DNA from: a virus
Taxonomy: Duplodnaviria; Caudoviricetes
Direction: 5' to 3' (one strand)
Length of the DNA: 24,754 nt
Virus record (IMG/VR): IMGVR_UViG_3300004776_000009
Coordinates: 1 to 24,754 of that record
Within the stretch, counting starts at the first letter, position 1, and each line of letters starts with the position of its first letter. Made by a program: the position numbers and the translations under genes. This document shows, in pieces, positions 1 through 10,075 of this stretch. The notes under the pieces are model-generated. The model ran no database searches and had not been told where the DNA came from. It saw nothing but the letters and a program-made list of their open reading frames with translations.

Positions 1-555
1 TTTAATACCTCCACCGCACGTTGGGAGAAAAGGGCAAGTGTTCCCGAAGACAACGTGGAGTGGAAGGTTACGTCAAGACTTACCCAAACAAACCAGGCTT
101 ACGTTCAGGTTTCAATTAACTTCATCCCAAGCCAAGTACCGGGGAATCTTGTAGCTCCTTTTGTGACACCATCCGAAACTAGAGACACTGAGTATCAATC
201 CCAGGACAGGGATGCGAGCGGTCACGACTACTTCAGCCGTTATTATGGCAATCCTATCGCCACAAGAAACGGTTTATCATATAACCGTCTATTTAGACGA
301 AAAAACATTCCTTACGCTCGTGATGATTACTTTTACACTACCTCCTATAAAGACACATGGCTTTATATCTCTAACGATCACTATAGTGACATCCGATTTT
401 GGTGGATCATAGCAAGAATGTATATCCAAGACCAAGCAAGGGTCGGCGCATCTAGGTCGATAATGAATCCTAACAGGGAAATACCAATTGGTTTAACTCT
501 AAGGATGCCGTCCAGGGGCAGATTACTTAATCAACTTTCTGTAAATAATTTCTAA
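1..555 (+). CDS. 5'-truncated baseplate protein: gp25/GpW-like C-terminus fused to a LysM-like (T4 gp53/P2 gpX-type) domain
   Basis: Frame 1 is open from base 1 (FNTSTARWEKRASVPEDNVEWKV...), so the GTG at 55 is probably internal. RWEKR...GNLVAPF resembles the gp25-family RWEPR...NLVxPF motifs. DTWLYISNDHYSDIRFWWIIA...NP...IPIGLTLRMPS is LysM/gp53-like. It lies directly upstream of baseplate J. Confidence 0.7.
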   Translation, partial: FNTSTARWEKRASVPEDNVEWKVTSRLTQTNQAYVQVSINFIPSQVPGNLVAPFVTPSETRDTEYQSQDRDASGHDYFSRYYGNPIATRNGLSYNRLFRRKNIPYARDDYFYTTSYKDTWLYISNDHYSDIRFWWIIARMYIQDQARVGASRSIMNPNREIPIGLTLRMPSRGRLLNQLSVNNF

Positions 556-571
556 GGACAAGTAAATAAAA

Positions 572-2014
572 ATGGCAACAACCGCTTATACAACTTTTGT
601 AGGCCGCGACTTTACGGCTAGGCTTGAAGCCATTATGACGGCGATACGAACTGAACTTCCTGATCTGACTGACCTAAACTATTCGGGGATTGCTAATGTC
701 TTGACAAGACTACTTGCGAGTGAATCTGACTACTTGGCGCTTTACCAGGACGAGGCTTATAACGAGACTTCTATAAAGTATGCGATTTTTAAGCAATCTA
801 TAATAGATGCCGCAGCTACAGTTGATGAAAGAGCTACGTTAGCAACTGGCGCTACAGGTTATTTAACTGCGACCAAAGGGTCAAACTTCCCTGTTAGCAC
901 AGATTTAAGTATTGCCCAATATACAAGCTTCTCCCGGTCAGACGCTTTATCTTATTTAGCTAGTGACAACACTACATTTGCTGTTTCCCAATCTTCAGTT
1001 CAAATCCCCGTAATACAGGGGTCACTACAGACACTGACAGTCACCAGAAATGACCTAGAGACTTTAGGGAATACTGAATATCTAACCTATAACTTAGGCC
1101 CCCTGGTTGCCAACGGCACCGTAACCGTTACACACACAGAAGATAATGTTGTTACTACAACATGGGAGCAGGTAGAGAGTTTTTGGCGAAGCCTTCCTAC
1201 AGATTACCACTTCTTATTAGACTTGGTTGCTGACGAAATTGACGGGGAAGAAGACACTGTTAACCTTGTTATTGGCAATGGGATACATGGTTTTAATAAT
1301 TTCTTAGGGACCATGACGGTAACATACGTCAAAACAGACGGAGCCGAGGGGAATTGTGGGCCTGGAGTAGTCGTAGATGTTCCTTCTAGTTTATCAGGGA
1401 TAATCAGCGTTACCAACACAAATGCGCTCACAGGAGGGGGAACAGCCGAAGGCATAGAACCATTTAGGGATAGAATACCGGCAGCGTCCAGAATACAGAG
1501 ACGAGGATTAAGTGTGGAGGACTACGAGGCGCTGATAATGAGCAACGTCCCTAGCGTTAAGTATGTTCAAACGGCTGACAGGACAACGCTTACTGATTGG
1601 CCTCATCTCTATCTTGCTATCTATGTTGTTCCCAAAGGTGGAGGCTTAATTACTGACATATTAACTGCGGAAGTACTAGCAGTTCTCGTAGAAAAAGGAC
1701 ACCTTGGCCCGTGGGAAGGCAGATATATTATAAACGATGTTACACAGAGACCTGTAGATGTTACGGTAAGAATTGGGATTGAAACGGGATATGTTTCGTC
1801 CAGTGTTGTGAACCAAGTTATTTTAAAAATTCAAGAATGTTTGTCGGTAGATAACCAAATAATAAACGGCACTTTTGATTTCGCAGAGATGTCTACCTCT
1901 GTCAATCTAACTCCAGGGGTAAGATACGCTGTTTTTACAACACCAACGGCAGATATTGAATCGGGGATAGGAGATTTTTTTATCCCTGGGACCATAGCTG
2001 TAACAGTAGGATAA
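572..2014 (+). CDS. Baseplate wedge protein, baseplate J / T4 gp6-like
   Basis: N-terminal RDF...TDLNYSGIANVLTRLLA; YVKTDGAEGN; TNTNALTGGGTAEGIEPFRDR...RGLSVEDYE; IYVVPKGG. AAGGA lies upstream. Confidence 0.9.
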   Translation: MATTAYTTFVGRDFTARLEAIMTAIRTELPDLTDLNYSGIANVLTRLLASESDYLALYQDEAYNETSIKYAIFKQSIIDAAATVDERATLATGATGYLTATKGSNFPVSTDLSIAQYTSFSRSDALSYLASDNTTFAVSQSSVQIPVIQGSLQTLTVTRNDLETLGNTEYLTYNLGPLVANGTVTVTHTEDNVVTTTWEQVESFWRSLPTDYHFLLDLVADEIDGEEDTVNLVIGNGIHGFNNFLGTMTVTYVKTDGAEGNCGPGVVVDVPSSLSGIISVTNTNALTGGGTAEGIEPFRDRIPAASRIQRRGLSVEDYEALIMSNVPSVKYVQTADRTTLTDWPHLYLAIYVVPKGGGLITDILTAEVLAVLVEKGHLGPWEGRYIINDVTQRPVDVTVRIGIETGYVSSSVVNQVILKIQECLSVDNQIINGTFDFAEMSTSVNLTPGVRYAVFTTPTADIESGIGDFFIPGTIAVTVG

Positions 2015-2017
2015 TCA

Positions 2018-3196
2018 ATGAAATACCCTTTGATAGCTAGAGTCCCAGAGATATGGAGAAGACTTGATACTGATAATGTGTCAAGGAAACTCTTTGGCGT
2101 TATAGACGAGGAACTAGAGCGCATTGGGGACGGGGTTAACGATTATCTAAATGTTACTAACATTGACAAGATACCAGACAAGTTCCTGTCCTTTCTGAGT
2201 GACCTCACAGGACATGTATGGCGACACGATAAAACTATAGAGTGGAATAGAGACAGAATAAGGTTTGGACTAAAACGTGCGTCGTATAAGGGGACTACGC
2301 TTGCCATAAAAGACTTAGCCATAGAAAATGGTTCCATAGTTAACCAGATCCAAGACAACGCATCGAAGTTATTAATCCTCGGCAAACAGGGCAGATTAAG
2401 TTGCGACGACGCTTATCTGGTTAGTAAAGACTATTGGCACGATGGCGCCTTTGTCGCTGAGTTTTCTAATACTGGTGATACAGAAGAAATAATAAACGAA
2501 TTACCCAAATACATACCTGCGGGCGAAATTTGGACTATAAACTTTGTTTATGTATCTCAGGGGATATTCGATACTGATTGCCAGATTATATTTACTGGAA
2601 CACTAACCTTCACGGAAGCATTACAGGGAACCATTGGCTACGGAACATTAGGTGGCAATTTACTTCTATCTTCTGAGCCTAACGGTCGATGTGACATTAC
2701 ATATAGAGATACTGTTTGGGGCGACCTATTCTCGAAACGTATGGGTTCAGTTGGCTTAGGCTTATTAGGTAACGATGTTTACCTATCAGACGAACCAGCT
2801 ATTGCTCCTGAGATGTCATATAACCCTATTGGCTGGCATAGTGTTCTCATAGATAGGTCATTAGGGCATGGCATGTTGGGGTATGACCTTTTCTTATCAG
2901 TTGAACCAGCGACCACAGGGATACGAGACATTGACGACATAGTTATAGTCCCGATTCAGATTGGGCCAATAGTTGTTGAAATGTCTGATGGTGGGATTAA
3001 CCCTAACTATACAGAAGCATTTACTGGCACGGAATTTGAACTAACCTCTGGTGGATTAAGTGTAGTTGCACCTATTAACGTCACTAGCACAGAACTAGAA
3101 GTAACACAATCCACGATAGAAATAGCACGATTAGAGATGGGTTCAATTCACTATACACTAGCCGATAACATAACCCTCGATGAGGTTAATAGATAA
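2018..3196 (+). CDS. Baseplate wedge protein, P2 gpI / T4 gp7-like N-terminus with internal Gly-Leu repeats
   Basis: NIDKIPDKFLSFLSDLTG...YKGTTLAIK and a later KYIPAG motif; canonical position after baseplate J. Confidence 0.8.
   Translation: MKYPLIARVPEIWRRLDTDNVSRKLFGVIDEELERIGDGVNDYLNVTNIDKIPDKFLSFLSDLTGHVWRHDKTIEWNRDRIRFGLKRASYKGTTLAIKDLAIENGSIVNQIQDNASKLLILGKQGRLSCDDAYLVSKDYWHDGAFVAEFSNTGDTEEIINELPKYIPAGEIWTINFVYVSQGIFDTDCQIIFTGTLTFTEALQGTIGYGTLGGNLLLSSEPNGRCDITYRDTVWGDLFSKRMGSVGLGLLGNDVYLSDEPAIAPEMSYNPIGWHSVLIDRSLGHGMLGYDLFLSVEPATTGIRDIDDIVIVPIQIGPIVVEMSDGGINPNYTEAFTGTEFELTSGGLSVVAPINVTSTELEVTQSTIEIARLEMGSIHYTLADNITLDEVNR
2627..2908 (+). repeat. Three 18-aa protein repeats in the gpI-like protein
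   Basis: GTIGYGTLGGNLLLSSEP, GSVGLGLLGNDVYLSDEP and RSLGHGMLGYDLFLSVEP, spaced about 37-39 codons apart. Confidence 0.8.
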
Positions 3197-3840
3197 TGAC
3201 ATACGATTTTAATCCTGAAGTTTTAGATTACGTTGCGCCAGCAGATACCTTGGCTCAAATGTCGGTTAAAGTAAATACAAACTTTAGCACAATTGCAGCA
3301 TGGGGCGCAGCCGTTGAGAGTGTATCTGGAGAAGGGACTGCTGGAGAAACTCTAGGACAATACAAGCTGGTTTACTCAGACGTTAACAATAGCGGTAAAT
3401 TCTATCTTGCAACCAACAATGAAACCTCTGCAAAGGCAGACGTAGTTGGTATAACCCTTGATGCTATTAGTGTAAATGCTACGGGAACAATACAACTTGG
3501 TGTTGGTATCGTGACTAACGGTAGCTGGTCATGGACTATAGGTTCACAGCTTTTTTTAGGGACAAATGGAGATATTACAACTTCTCCAACCAGCAACTAC
3601 TGGTTCAAGCCGATTGGTTTTGCAATCTCTGCTACTGAACTATGGTTCCAACCTATGCTTGGGTGGTCTATAGGGGATAATGGCTTTGAGGTTGATACTG
3701 ACCAACTAGAGGTTGCATATATCCCGACAAACTATACTCGAACTATCACCTCTGAGGTTGCAGCCACTACACAACTATCGGCTCACCTTAAAGGAATAGA
3801 CGAAAAACTAGCAGAAATAATAGCTATGATACCTTCATAG
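3196..3840 (+). CDS. Virion structural protein with a DUF2190/cement-like beta-clip domain
   Basis: AGETLGQYKLVY...ADVVGITLDAISVNATGTIQLGVGIVTNGSWSWTIGSQLFLGTNGDIT...IGFAISATEL; TAATG overlap with the upstream gene. Confidence 0.6.
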   Translation: MTYDFNPEVLDYVAPADTLAQMSVKVNTNFSTIAAWGAAVESVSGEGTAGETLGQYKLVYSDVNNSGKFYLATNNETSAKADVVGITLDAISVNATGTIQLGVGIVTNGSWSWTIGSQLFLGTNGDITTSPTSNYWFKPIGFAISATELWFQPMLGWSIGDNGFEVDTDQLEVAYIPTNYTRTITSEVAATTQLSAHLKGIDEKLAEIIAMIPS

Positions 3841-3850
3841 GAGTCAGATA

Positions 3851-4384
3851 ATGGGACTAAGTATGTATGATGGAGCAGTTTTTAGGGCGATGCAATTCAA
3901 GACTGAAAGTACTTTGTGGACGGCCATTGGTAGAAATACAGTTTGGACAGATGAGTTTAGTCCAGATGCCGTTGACCAAACAGCCCACGATATTGAAGAG
4001 GTAGTAACTTACGTTAAACCTTACGTTGTAAGCCTATGCAAATGGGCTGGACCAGGTGGCGACATTCTTGTTGATGGCAGTTACTATGACTTAGTGGCTG
4101 ACCTAGATGCTATTGATATAAACGGTGTGGTGCTAGACCAGGATGCCCGTTATTTGTATATAGGAACAGAACTGGACCCTAACTTGGGACAGTTATACGG
4201 GGATTTTAGACAGATTGCTCTCTATGTAAATACTGTTCCTGTAGGTGGGCATGAATCAGATGATTGGCTAAATCCAACCAATGTAAGTGACCCTGGGACA
4301 CTCTGCTACTTGCATAACGATGTAGTTACACAGATGTCACCCGTAAGACGACAAATAATCGAATTAGTTTTAGAGTTTAAATAG
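3851..4384 (+). CDS. Baseplate protein, gp8-like wedge component, paralog 1
   Basis: LWTAIGRNTVWTDEFSP...ARYLYI...FRQIALY...LVLEF. This family typically precedes DUF4815-type genes in large myoviruses. AGGAG RBS. Confidence 0.7.
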   Translation: MGLSMYDGAVFRAMQFKTESTLWTAIGRNTVWTDEFSPDAVDQTAHDIEEVVTYVKPYVVSLCKWAGPGGDILVDGSYYDLVADLDAIDINGVVLDQDARYLYIGTELDPNLGQLYGDFRQIALYVNTVPVGGHESDDWLNPTNVSDPGTLCYLHNDVVTQMSPVRRQIIELVLEFK

Positions 4385-4392
4385 AGGTTAAA

Positions 4393-4905
4393 ATGGCAGT
4401 TTCAACGTATCAGGGTAGAGCGAACAGATGTAAATTATTATATGAATCGGCAGACTTTTGGATGGGGGTTGGTAGAACTACGGCATGGCCTACTGAGTTG
4501 GCTCCACCTTCACCTACGGTTTCTGCCACTACACTAGAAGAACCAATTGTTTATGTAAAAGCTGAAGTTGTTAGTATGTGTAAAACAATCAATGCAAATC
4601 CTGATGTTACAGTTAGAGGACAGGGATATAAATATGTATTACCCGCTGACGCTGTAGCTGAGTTTGCTCGGTTCCTTTATATCAGGGCTAGATTCGACCC
4701 TAGTGAAGACCAGCCTTATGCTACATTCCGACAAATAGCAATCTTTTCTAATTTAGAACCTACTCAGGCACATTCGGCTGACTTATGGTTAGCACCTGCT
4801 AACGTATTGGATGTAGGTATATGTGAATATATAGAAAACAACGCACCAACAGTCATGAACTTGAACCGCCAAGAAGTAATTCAAGTCATCATAGAATTTA
4901 GATAA
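4393..4905 (+). CDS. Baseplate protein, gp8-like wedge component, paralog 2
   Basis: FWMGVGRTTAWPTELAPP...ARFLYI...FRQIAIF...VIIEF; aligns end to end with 3851-4384. GAGGT RBS. Confidence 0.7.
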   Translation: MAVSTYQGRANRCKLLYESADFWMGVGRTTAWPTELAPPSPTVSATTLEEPIVYVKAEVVSMCKTINANPDVTVRGQGYKYVLPADAVAEFARFLYIRARFDPSEDQPYATFRQIAIFSNLEPTQAHSADLWLAPANVLDVGICEYIENNAPTVMNLNRQEVIQVIIEFR

Positions 4906-4914
4906 GAGGTAAAA

Positions 4915-7900
4915 ATGGCGTTAACTGATAAACTTTTTGAGTATAATTTAAGGGCTGGCGATAGCTTGGCGGTTCCCGTTTTATTGGCACCAGTAGCAAG
5001 AAACACTACTGGCGGCACATCGTTAAGCTATGTAGCCACTTTTATGACACTTGTAGGCGAAACTACCCCAACTTCAGTTTCCACAGTAACTAACGCTAAT
5101 GCTACACTATCAGGTAGTCAAACTGGAAGTGGCAATTGTGTAAAACTAGAGGTTAGTTCGGTTCCTGCTGCTGCATTAGCTACTCGTTTCTATAAACTGA
5201 GTGGCGGCACTTATCAGCTATTGGCTGAAGTAGATTCACCAACAAAGATATATTATGACACAGGAACCACTCTACAAAGTTCAGTATTGGCTCCTAGTGT
5301 TGACACCTCTGGTAGACCTGAATGGAAAGCACTTCTGTTCAACCACGGCAAGTATCTACAACGCCAAGAGTTAATGGACTTACAGTGGATATGCCTTAGA
5401 GGTGTTCGTGACCTTGGTGATACCATTTACAAGAATGGCGATATAATTTCAGGTTCAACACCAGCGTTTGTTTCTGGAACTACATGGAGATTCCCTGACC
5501 TAAAGGTGTATCTTGATGGACAGGTTGTTGCGGTTCCTGGTGACGATGTTACGATAACAGGTAGTGGTGAAGAGGTTGTTGGGGTGACTATTACACCTAC
5601 TGCTGAATCTGACCTTACAGACCCCGTAATGAGGAATCAGGATGAAGGTATTGACCTAGCCTACGCACAGCCTGGAGCTGACAGATTAGTCTATACATTC
5701 GCGTGGGGCATTGACCAGGACAGTCAACTAGATATTCAAGCATTTGTTGATAATGTTCCCAAAATGGTAACAGTTATTCCCGAAGCTACCATGCAGCAAA
5801 TGATGCTTGCTCGAAGGACTCACGACGTTAGTGGCTCGTTCTCGGTTAAACCCTTTGCCGTTGAGGTTCAAGCTAACCATACACCTGCTAACCAAGAGAC
5901 TATGTTCGAGTTGAAAGTCGGTGCTGGCAAAGCCTATCCAATGGGTTACGAAGTTGAAACGATTGGGCCTAGAATAATAGATATAGAGAAGGCTAGGGAC
6001 ACAGCATTTGTTAATAATGGCACCACAGGCGCATACGACACTCCTGGTGGGTATGTTGTTGCTGGGAATGAGGAGAATTATAACCTTAGCGGCTTAAAAA
6101 TTAAGTTTTCAGTTGATGGTGGGACACAGCATACTATTACGTTTCCTAGTCCATTTTCATCCAAGACAGCGGCACAGGTTGCAACTGAAATAGAAAGACA
6201 AATAGTATTAATCTATGACCCAGGTAGTGCAGGTGACATCTATCCTACAGCCAACTCACCACAGATTCTTTTTGCTGATGACGCTAGTGGTTATTTGAAG
6301 CTACAGGCTAAGGATGGCGCATACCTTACTATCCATGCTATAACGGGCGATGCCTATACAATATTGGATATAGATGCAGCGACTTATGCTCTGGATGATA
6401 CAGAGAGTGGAACCAGAATTTATGAGATAAATGATAGCTACGTTTCTGATGTTAACGATATGCTGTTTACAACTGAGGTAACTGCGCCTGTAACCCATAA
6501 TGGAACTTTAGACAGGGACTTACTCCATACAGGACTGAATAGTATTCTAGGCGCAGCAACTACAGAAGCAAGATGTATTGATGGTCAGTTTGATTGGTTT
6601 TATCAGGATGGTGGTGTAGGCGACTTTGTTAGAGACGGAAACTACATTGATTTTAATGTTACTCCAACATCAGCTACCCCACAACCTGGAAGTGGCGTAG
6701 TTTATTATGTGAAATATCGTTACTCAAGAGAAGCGACTAAGGGTGTTCGGACGCTAACAACTGTAACGGATGAAGAAGTGATAAGAAGGGATAGAACCGT
6801 ATATCCGACAGATTTACTAGCTCACTCTGACGTTGTAGAAATAACAAAGGTTTCAGCTACCTCTAATGGTGTAGATGATTATACTTACCTATTAGCTAAA
6901 AATTCTGATGACATTAGTCATTCCCTTTCTGCTGTTTATTGGAAACTTTTTGCTGTAAATTCAGACCAACCATCGACAGGACAACACTATTTTGTGTCTT
7001 ACACCTATTGGGCACACGCTACAGAGGGTGATTACGTTACGGCTGATTGCTACTCGTCTTATGATGATATTGAGTTGGCCCCTGATGGTGAAACAAATCT
7101 CAGGGATTGTGTGGATTTCAGAACTACAACCACGACTAAGCCTGTTAACGGGACAAGCCCTAGTTTTGAATACAACTTCTATCTGGCTAGACGAGACAAG
7201 TTGTTGTTAGACCAATATGGCGGGATGGAGCTGGTTCAAGGGAACCCGGCTATTAGCCCACCTGTCCCTAACGACCAGCCAACTAAACTGACATTGGCAA
7301 TGTTTTATGTGATGCCATATACCTATACTCCCAGTGAAGTATTGTATCAGTCTGTTGAGCCAATCAGGACTACCCAGATTGGTATTACTGATTTGAGACA
7401 TAGGATAGAGAGATTAGAGTATTGGCAAGCAGTTAATGATTTGGAAAACCAAACTAAATACTCCGAAGCTGCGGTAGGAGCACAGGGACTTTTTACTGAC
7501 CCTATTACTGGTCAGAATAGAATATCAACTCAGTTTAATGTGAATGGTATTATACATACAGCGGCTATTGATGCGATTAACGGGGAAGTCAAATTGCCAG
7601 TGACGCAAACATTTGCCAAGATTGCAGTTGATGTAGACCATTGTGTAAACGTAAAAACCTACACAGGCAAGGAATGGGAGACTGTTACAACTGGGGTAAC
7701 GGTTGGTTCAAACCTGGCAATGGATTTTACGGCCACATTGTATCAGGAGTCCAAGTCAGCTTCGAGACGAATGAACGTCAATATAGACAACATTTGGTCA
7801 TTTGACAATGGCAAGCTAACACTAAGCCCCGAATCAGACTTGTTTTTTGACCAAACACAGATTCCTAGACTAACCGTTGATTATGACAATAACATGGCTG

Positions 7901-9858
7901 CGGTGGCTAATTATGTGTCAGCCATACAGCCAGGAACAATTACTTGGGGGAACTGGAATTATACTGGAGAGACGCAACGTATATGGAGAGCTAGGTGGGT
8001 CTATCAAGACTATGCCTTTGCAACACGAACAGGGGTTCAATATAATGGGATAGTCCCTGACAAGCAGCTACTTGACTTGGGTGACAGAGTTGTTGACTTA
8101 ACAGCTATTCCTTATATGAGAACAAAGAACTCTGATAATAGCGACTTCGAGATAACTATCGAAGCCAACTCCCTCATGCCTAACGCTGACCATAGGTGTT
8201 ATATCCACAATATAGCTGTAGACCTTACAAAGACAGGCACATACTCACAAGGAACTGCGGCTGATGGCTATACCACCGTTACTACCGATACTACTGGTAA
8301 GCTAACAGCTAAGTTTAAAATGCCAGCAGGTGTCCCTACAGGCACAAGTCTTGTAGAGATAGTCCATGCTACGTTAGATGATACGAGTGCTGCGAAGGCC
8401 AATTTCTTTGGTGGCGGAATACGGTCAACAACCCAAGGAACAACGCTTGGTATGACCTCTGGTAGAGTATGCACAACAGAAATAACGTCTGGACCTGGCA
8501 CCTCTACATGGATAAATACTTATAACTATTGGGACCCTATCGCACAGTCTTTTATCGTTGATACCGACTATGTTCCTTTATGTTGTATGGATGTTTACTT
8601 TGCAGCCAAGTCTCAAACTAAACCAATAACACTTGAAGTTAGAAGGATGAGTAACGGCCAACCTACTAAGGACATCGTTACAAGCGCAACACTTCAGGCA
8701 TCAGATATTACCGCATCATCAAGTGCAGCTACAGCTACACGATTCTGGTTCCCAGAGATAATTAGTTATAAAGCTGATTCGTTTAGTTTTGTTTTGGTAA
8801 CTGATTGCACAGAATACGAAGTATGGATAAGCGAGATTGGTGATACCGACATAATCACAGGTTCGGTTATTCAGTCACAGTCTGCCCCTGGTGTGATATT
8901 CCATAGTCCTAATGGTCAGTCATGGGAACAGTTATCCAAACAGGACATGAAGTATAAACTATATCGTGCAGATTTTGAGACTTCAGCTACGGTTATGTTC
9001 GAGAATACCACAATAAATAGTTCGAGTATCATTTGCCCTAAACTAGAAGACTTTGCTGGACCTGGGACTAACGTAAGGTATTTCTATAGCCTAGATAATG
9101 GTGTTAACTGGATTGCCTTCAGACCTTGGCAGGACCAACCTCTAGGTGGCGCATATACAGCGGTTAGGGTTAAGATAGTGATAACTGCCGCTGGCACAGA
9201 CATTACCAGAAGCTACTCTATGAATCCACAAAGTTGTGGGCTTGTGACACTTATTCATCAGGCAAATGCTAACTACATTGGCAATGCTATTACACTTACA
9301 GATGCGTTAAATTACCCTGATGAGGTTAAGATTATAATTGACGCAGACTGTGATGGCTTTAGTGGGTCTGGCGTAAGGTCATTGACACCTTACTATTCGA
9401 TAGACGATGGAGAAACGTGGGCAGAGGCGAAAGTGCCTACGACTTACACAGCAATTGCCAAGGATAATGGCAAGTATGAGTGGGAATTTGTTACTCAGCC
9501 AGAAGCCAAAGCCATTACAGGTATAACAGCGGCAACACCTATGGTTGTTACTTCTGGAACACATGGTTTCCAAGATAATGATATAGTAACTATTGCTGGT
9601 GTTGTCGGAACAATAGCATCGGTAGTCAATGGAACATGGAGAGTTAAACTTGGCACAGACCCAACCAACAAATATGCACTAGTTGACCCAACCACGGGAG
9701 CAGATAGTGTAGGTAGCGGTTCATGGAGTTCAGGTGGAACTGGAACCATAGCACCATTCACTACAGCAAGGGCAAGGGTTTACCTAGAAACAACTGATGT
9801 CTCACAGACACCTATATTCGGTAATGTAAGATTAATTTGCAATAAGCGGAGTGTATAA
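4915..9858 (+). CDS. Large virion/baseplate adsorption protein, DUF4815-type
   Basis: WKALLFNHGKYLQRQELMDLQ, AQPGADRL, RRTHDVSGSFSVKPF, GKAYPMGYEV, LRDCVDFR, FYLARRDKL, RIERLEY, LTLSPESDLFFD, DPIAQSF and QDMKYKLYRADF motifs. GAGGT RBS. Confidence 0.85.
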   Translation: MALTDKLFEYNLRAGDSLAVPVLLAPVARNTTGGTSLSYVATFMTLVGETTPTSVSTVTNANATLSGSQTGSGNCVKLEVSSVPAAALATRFYKLSGGTYQLLAEVDSPTKIYYDTGTTLQSSVLAPSVDTSGRPEWKALLFNHGKYLQRQELMDLQWICLRGVRDLGDTIYKNGDIISGSTPAFVSGTTWRFPDLKVYLDGQVVAVPGDDVTITGSGEEVVGVTITPTAESDLTDPVMRNQDEGIDLAYAQPGADRLVYTFAWGIDQDSQLDIQAFVDNVPKMVTVIPEATMQQMMLARRTHDVSGSFSVKPFAVEVQANHTPANQETMFELKVGAGKAYPMGYEVETIGPRIIDIEKARDTAFVNNGTTGAYDTPGGYVVAGNEENYNLSGLKIKFSVDGGTQHTITFPSPFSSKTAAQVATEIERQIVLIYDPGSAGDIYPTANSPQILFADDASGYLKLQAKDGAYLTIHAITGDAYTILDIDAATYALDDTESGTRIYEINDSYVSDVNDMLFTTEVTAPVTHNGTLDRDLLHTGLNSILGAATTEARCIDGQFDWFYQDGGVGDFVRDGNYIDFNVTPTSATPQPGSGVVYYVKYRYSREATKGVRTLTTVTDEEVIRRDRTVYPTDLLAHSDVVEITKVSATSNGVDDYTYLLAKNSDDISHSLSAVYWKLFAVNSDQPSTGQHYFVSYTYWAHATEGDYVTADCYSSYDDIELAPDGETNLRDCVDFRTTTTTKPVNGTSPSFEYNFYLARRDKLLLDQYGGMELVQGNPAISPPVPNDQPTKLTLAMFYVMPYTYTPSEVLYQSVEPIRTTQIGITDLRHRIERLEYWQAVNDLENQTKYSEAAVGAQGLFTDPITGQNRISTQFNVNGIIHTAAIDAINGEVKLPVTQTFAKIAVDVDHCVNVKTYTGKEWETVTTGVTVGSNLAMDFTATLYQESKSASRRMNVNIDNIWSFDNGKLTLSPESDLFFDQTQIPRLTVDYDNNMAAVANYVSAIQPGTITWGNWNYTGETQRIWRARWVYQDYAFATRTGVQYNGIVPDKQLLDLGDRVVDLTAIPYMRTKNSDNSDFEITIEANSLMPNADHRCYIHNIAVDLTKTGTYSQGTAADGYTTVTTDTTGKLTAKFKMPAGVPTGTSLVEIVHATLDDTSAAKANFFGGGIRSTTQGTTLGMTSGRVCTTEITSGPGTSTWINTYNYWDPIAQSFIVDTDYVPLCCMDVYFAAKSQTKPITLEVRRMSNGQPTKDIVTSATLQASDITASSSAATATRFWFPEIISYKADSFSFVLVTDCTEYEVWISEIGDTDIITGSVIQSQSAPGVIFHSPNGQSWEQLSKQDMKYKLYRADFETSATVMFENTTINSSSIICPKLEDFAGPGTNVRYFYSLDNGVNWIAFRPWQDQPLGGAYTAVRVKIVITAAGTDITRSYSMNPQSCGLVTLIHQANANYIGNAITLTDALNYPDEVKIIIDADCDGFSGSGVRSLTPYYSIDDGETWAEAKVPTTYTAIAKDNGKYEWEFVTQPEAKAITGITAATPMVVTSGTHGFQDNDIVTIAGVVGTIASVVNGTWRVKLGTDPTNKYALVDPTTGADSVGSGSWSSGGTGTIAPFTTARARVYLETTDVSQTPIFGNVRLICNKRSV

Positions 9859-9859
9859 T

Positions 9860-10075
9860 ATGCCGAGACCAGAAGTATCATTTGACAAACCGCCTAGTGG
9901 CTTCTCACGTAGAGGACAACAGCAAGGCGCATTGATTGTAGCCAAGAATCCTCAAACAGCAGTAACGAATAAGTTACAAGAGAAGTTGTTGGCACAGGAA
10001 GCCCAAATAGCTGAACTAAAAGCTATGGTCGAGGAATTGGCATCGGCTAAGAAAGGCAAAAAAGCTAGTGCATAG
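9860..10075 (+). CDS. Small coiled-coil protein (possible assembly chaperone)
   Basis: ATG at 9860 follows the stop of the upstream gene. QGALIVAKN is followed by the heptad-like LLAQEAQIAELKAMVEEL. Small genes like this often follow DUF4815 genes. Confidence 0.6.
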   Translation: MPRPEVSFDKPPSGFSRRGQQQGALIVAKNPQTAVTNKLQEKLLAQEAQIAELKAMVEELASAKKGKKASA

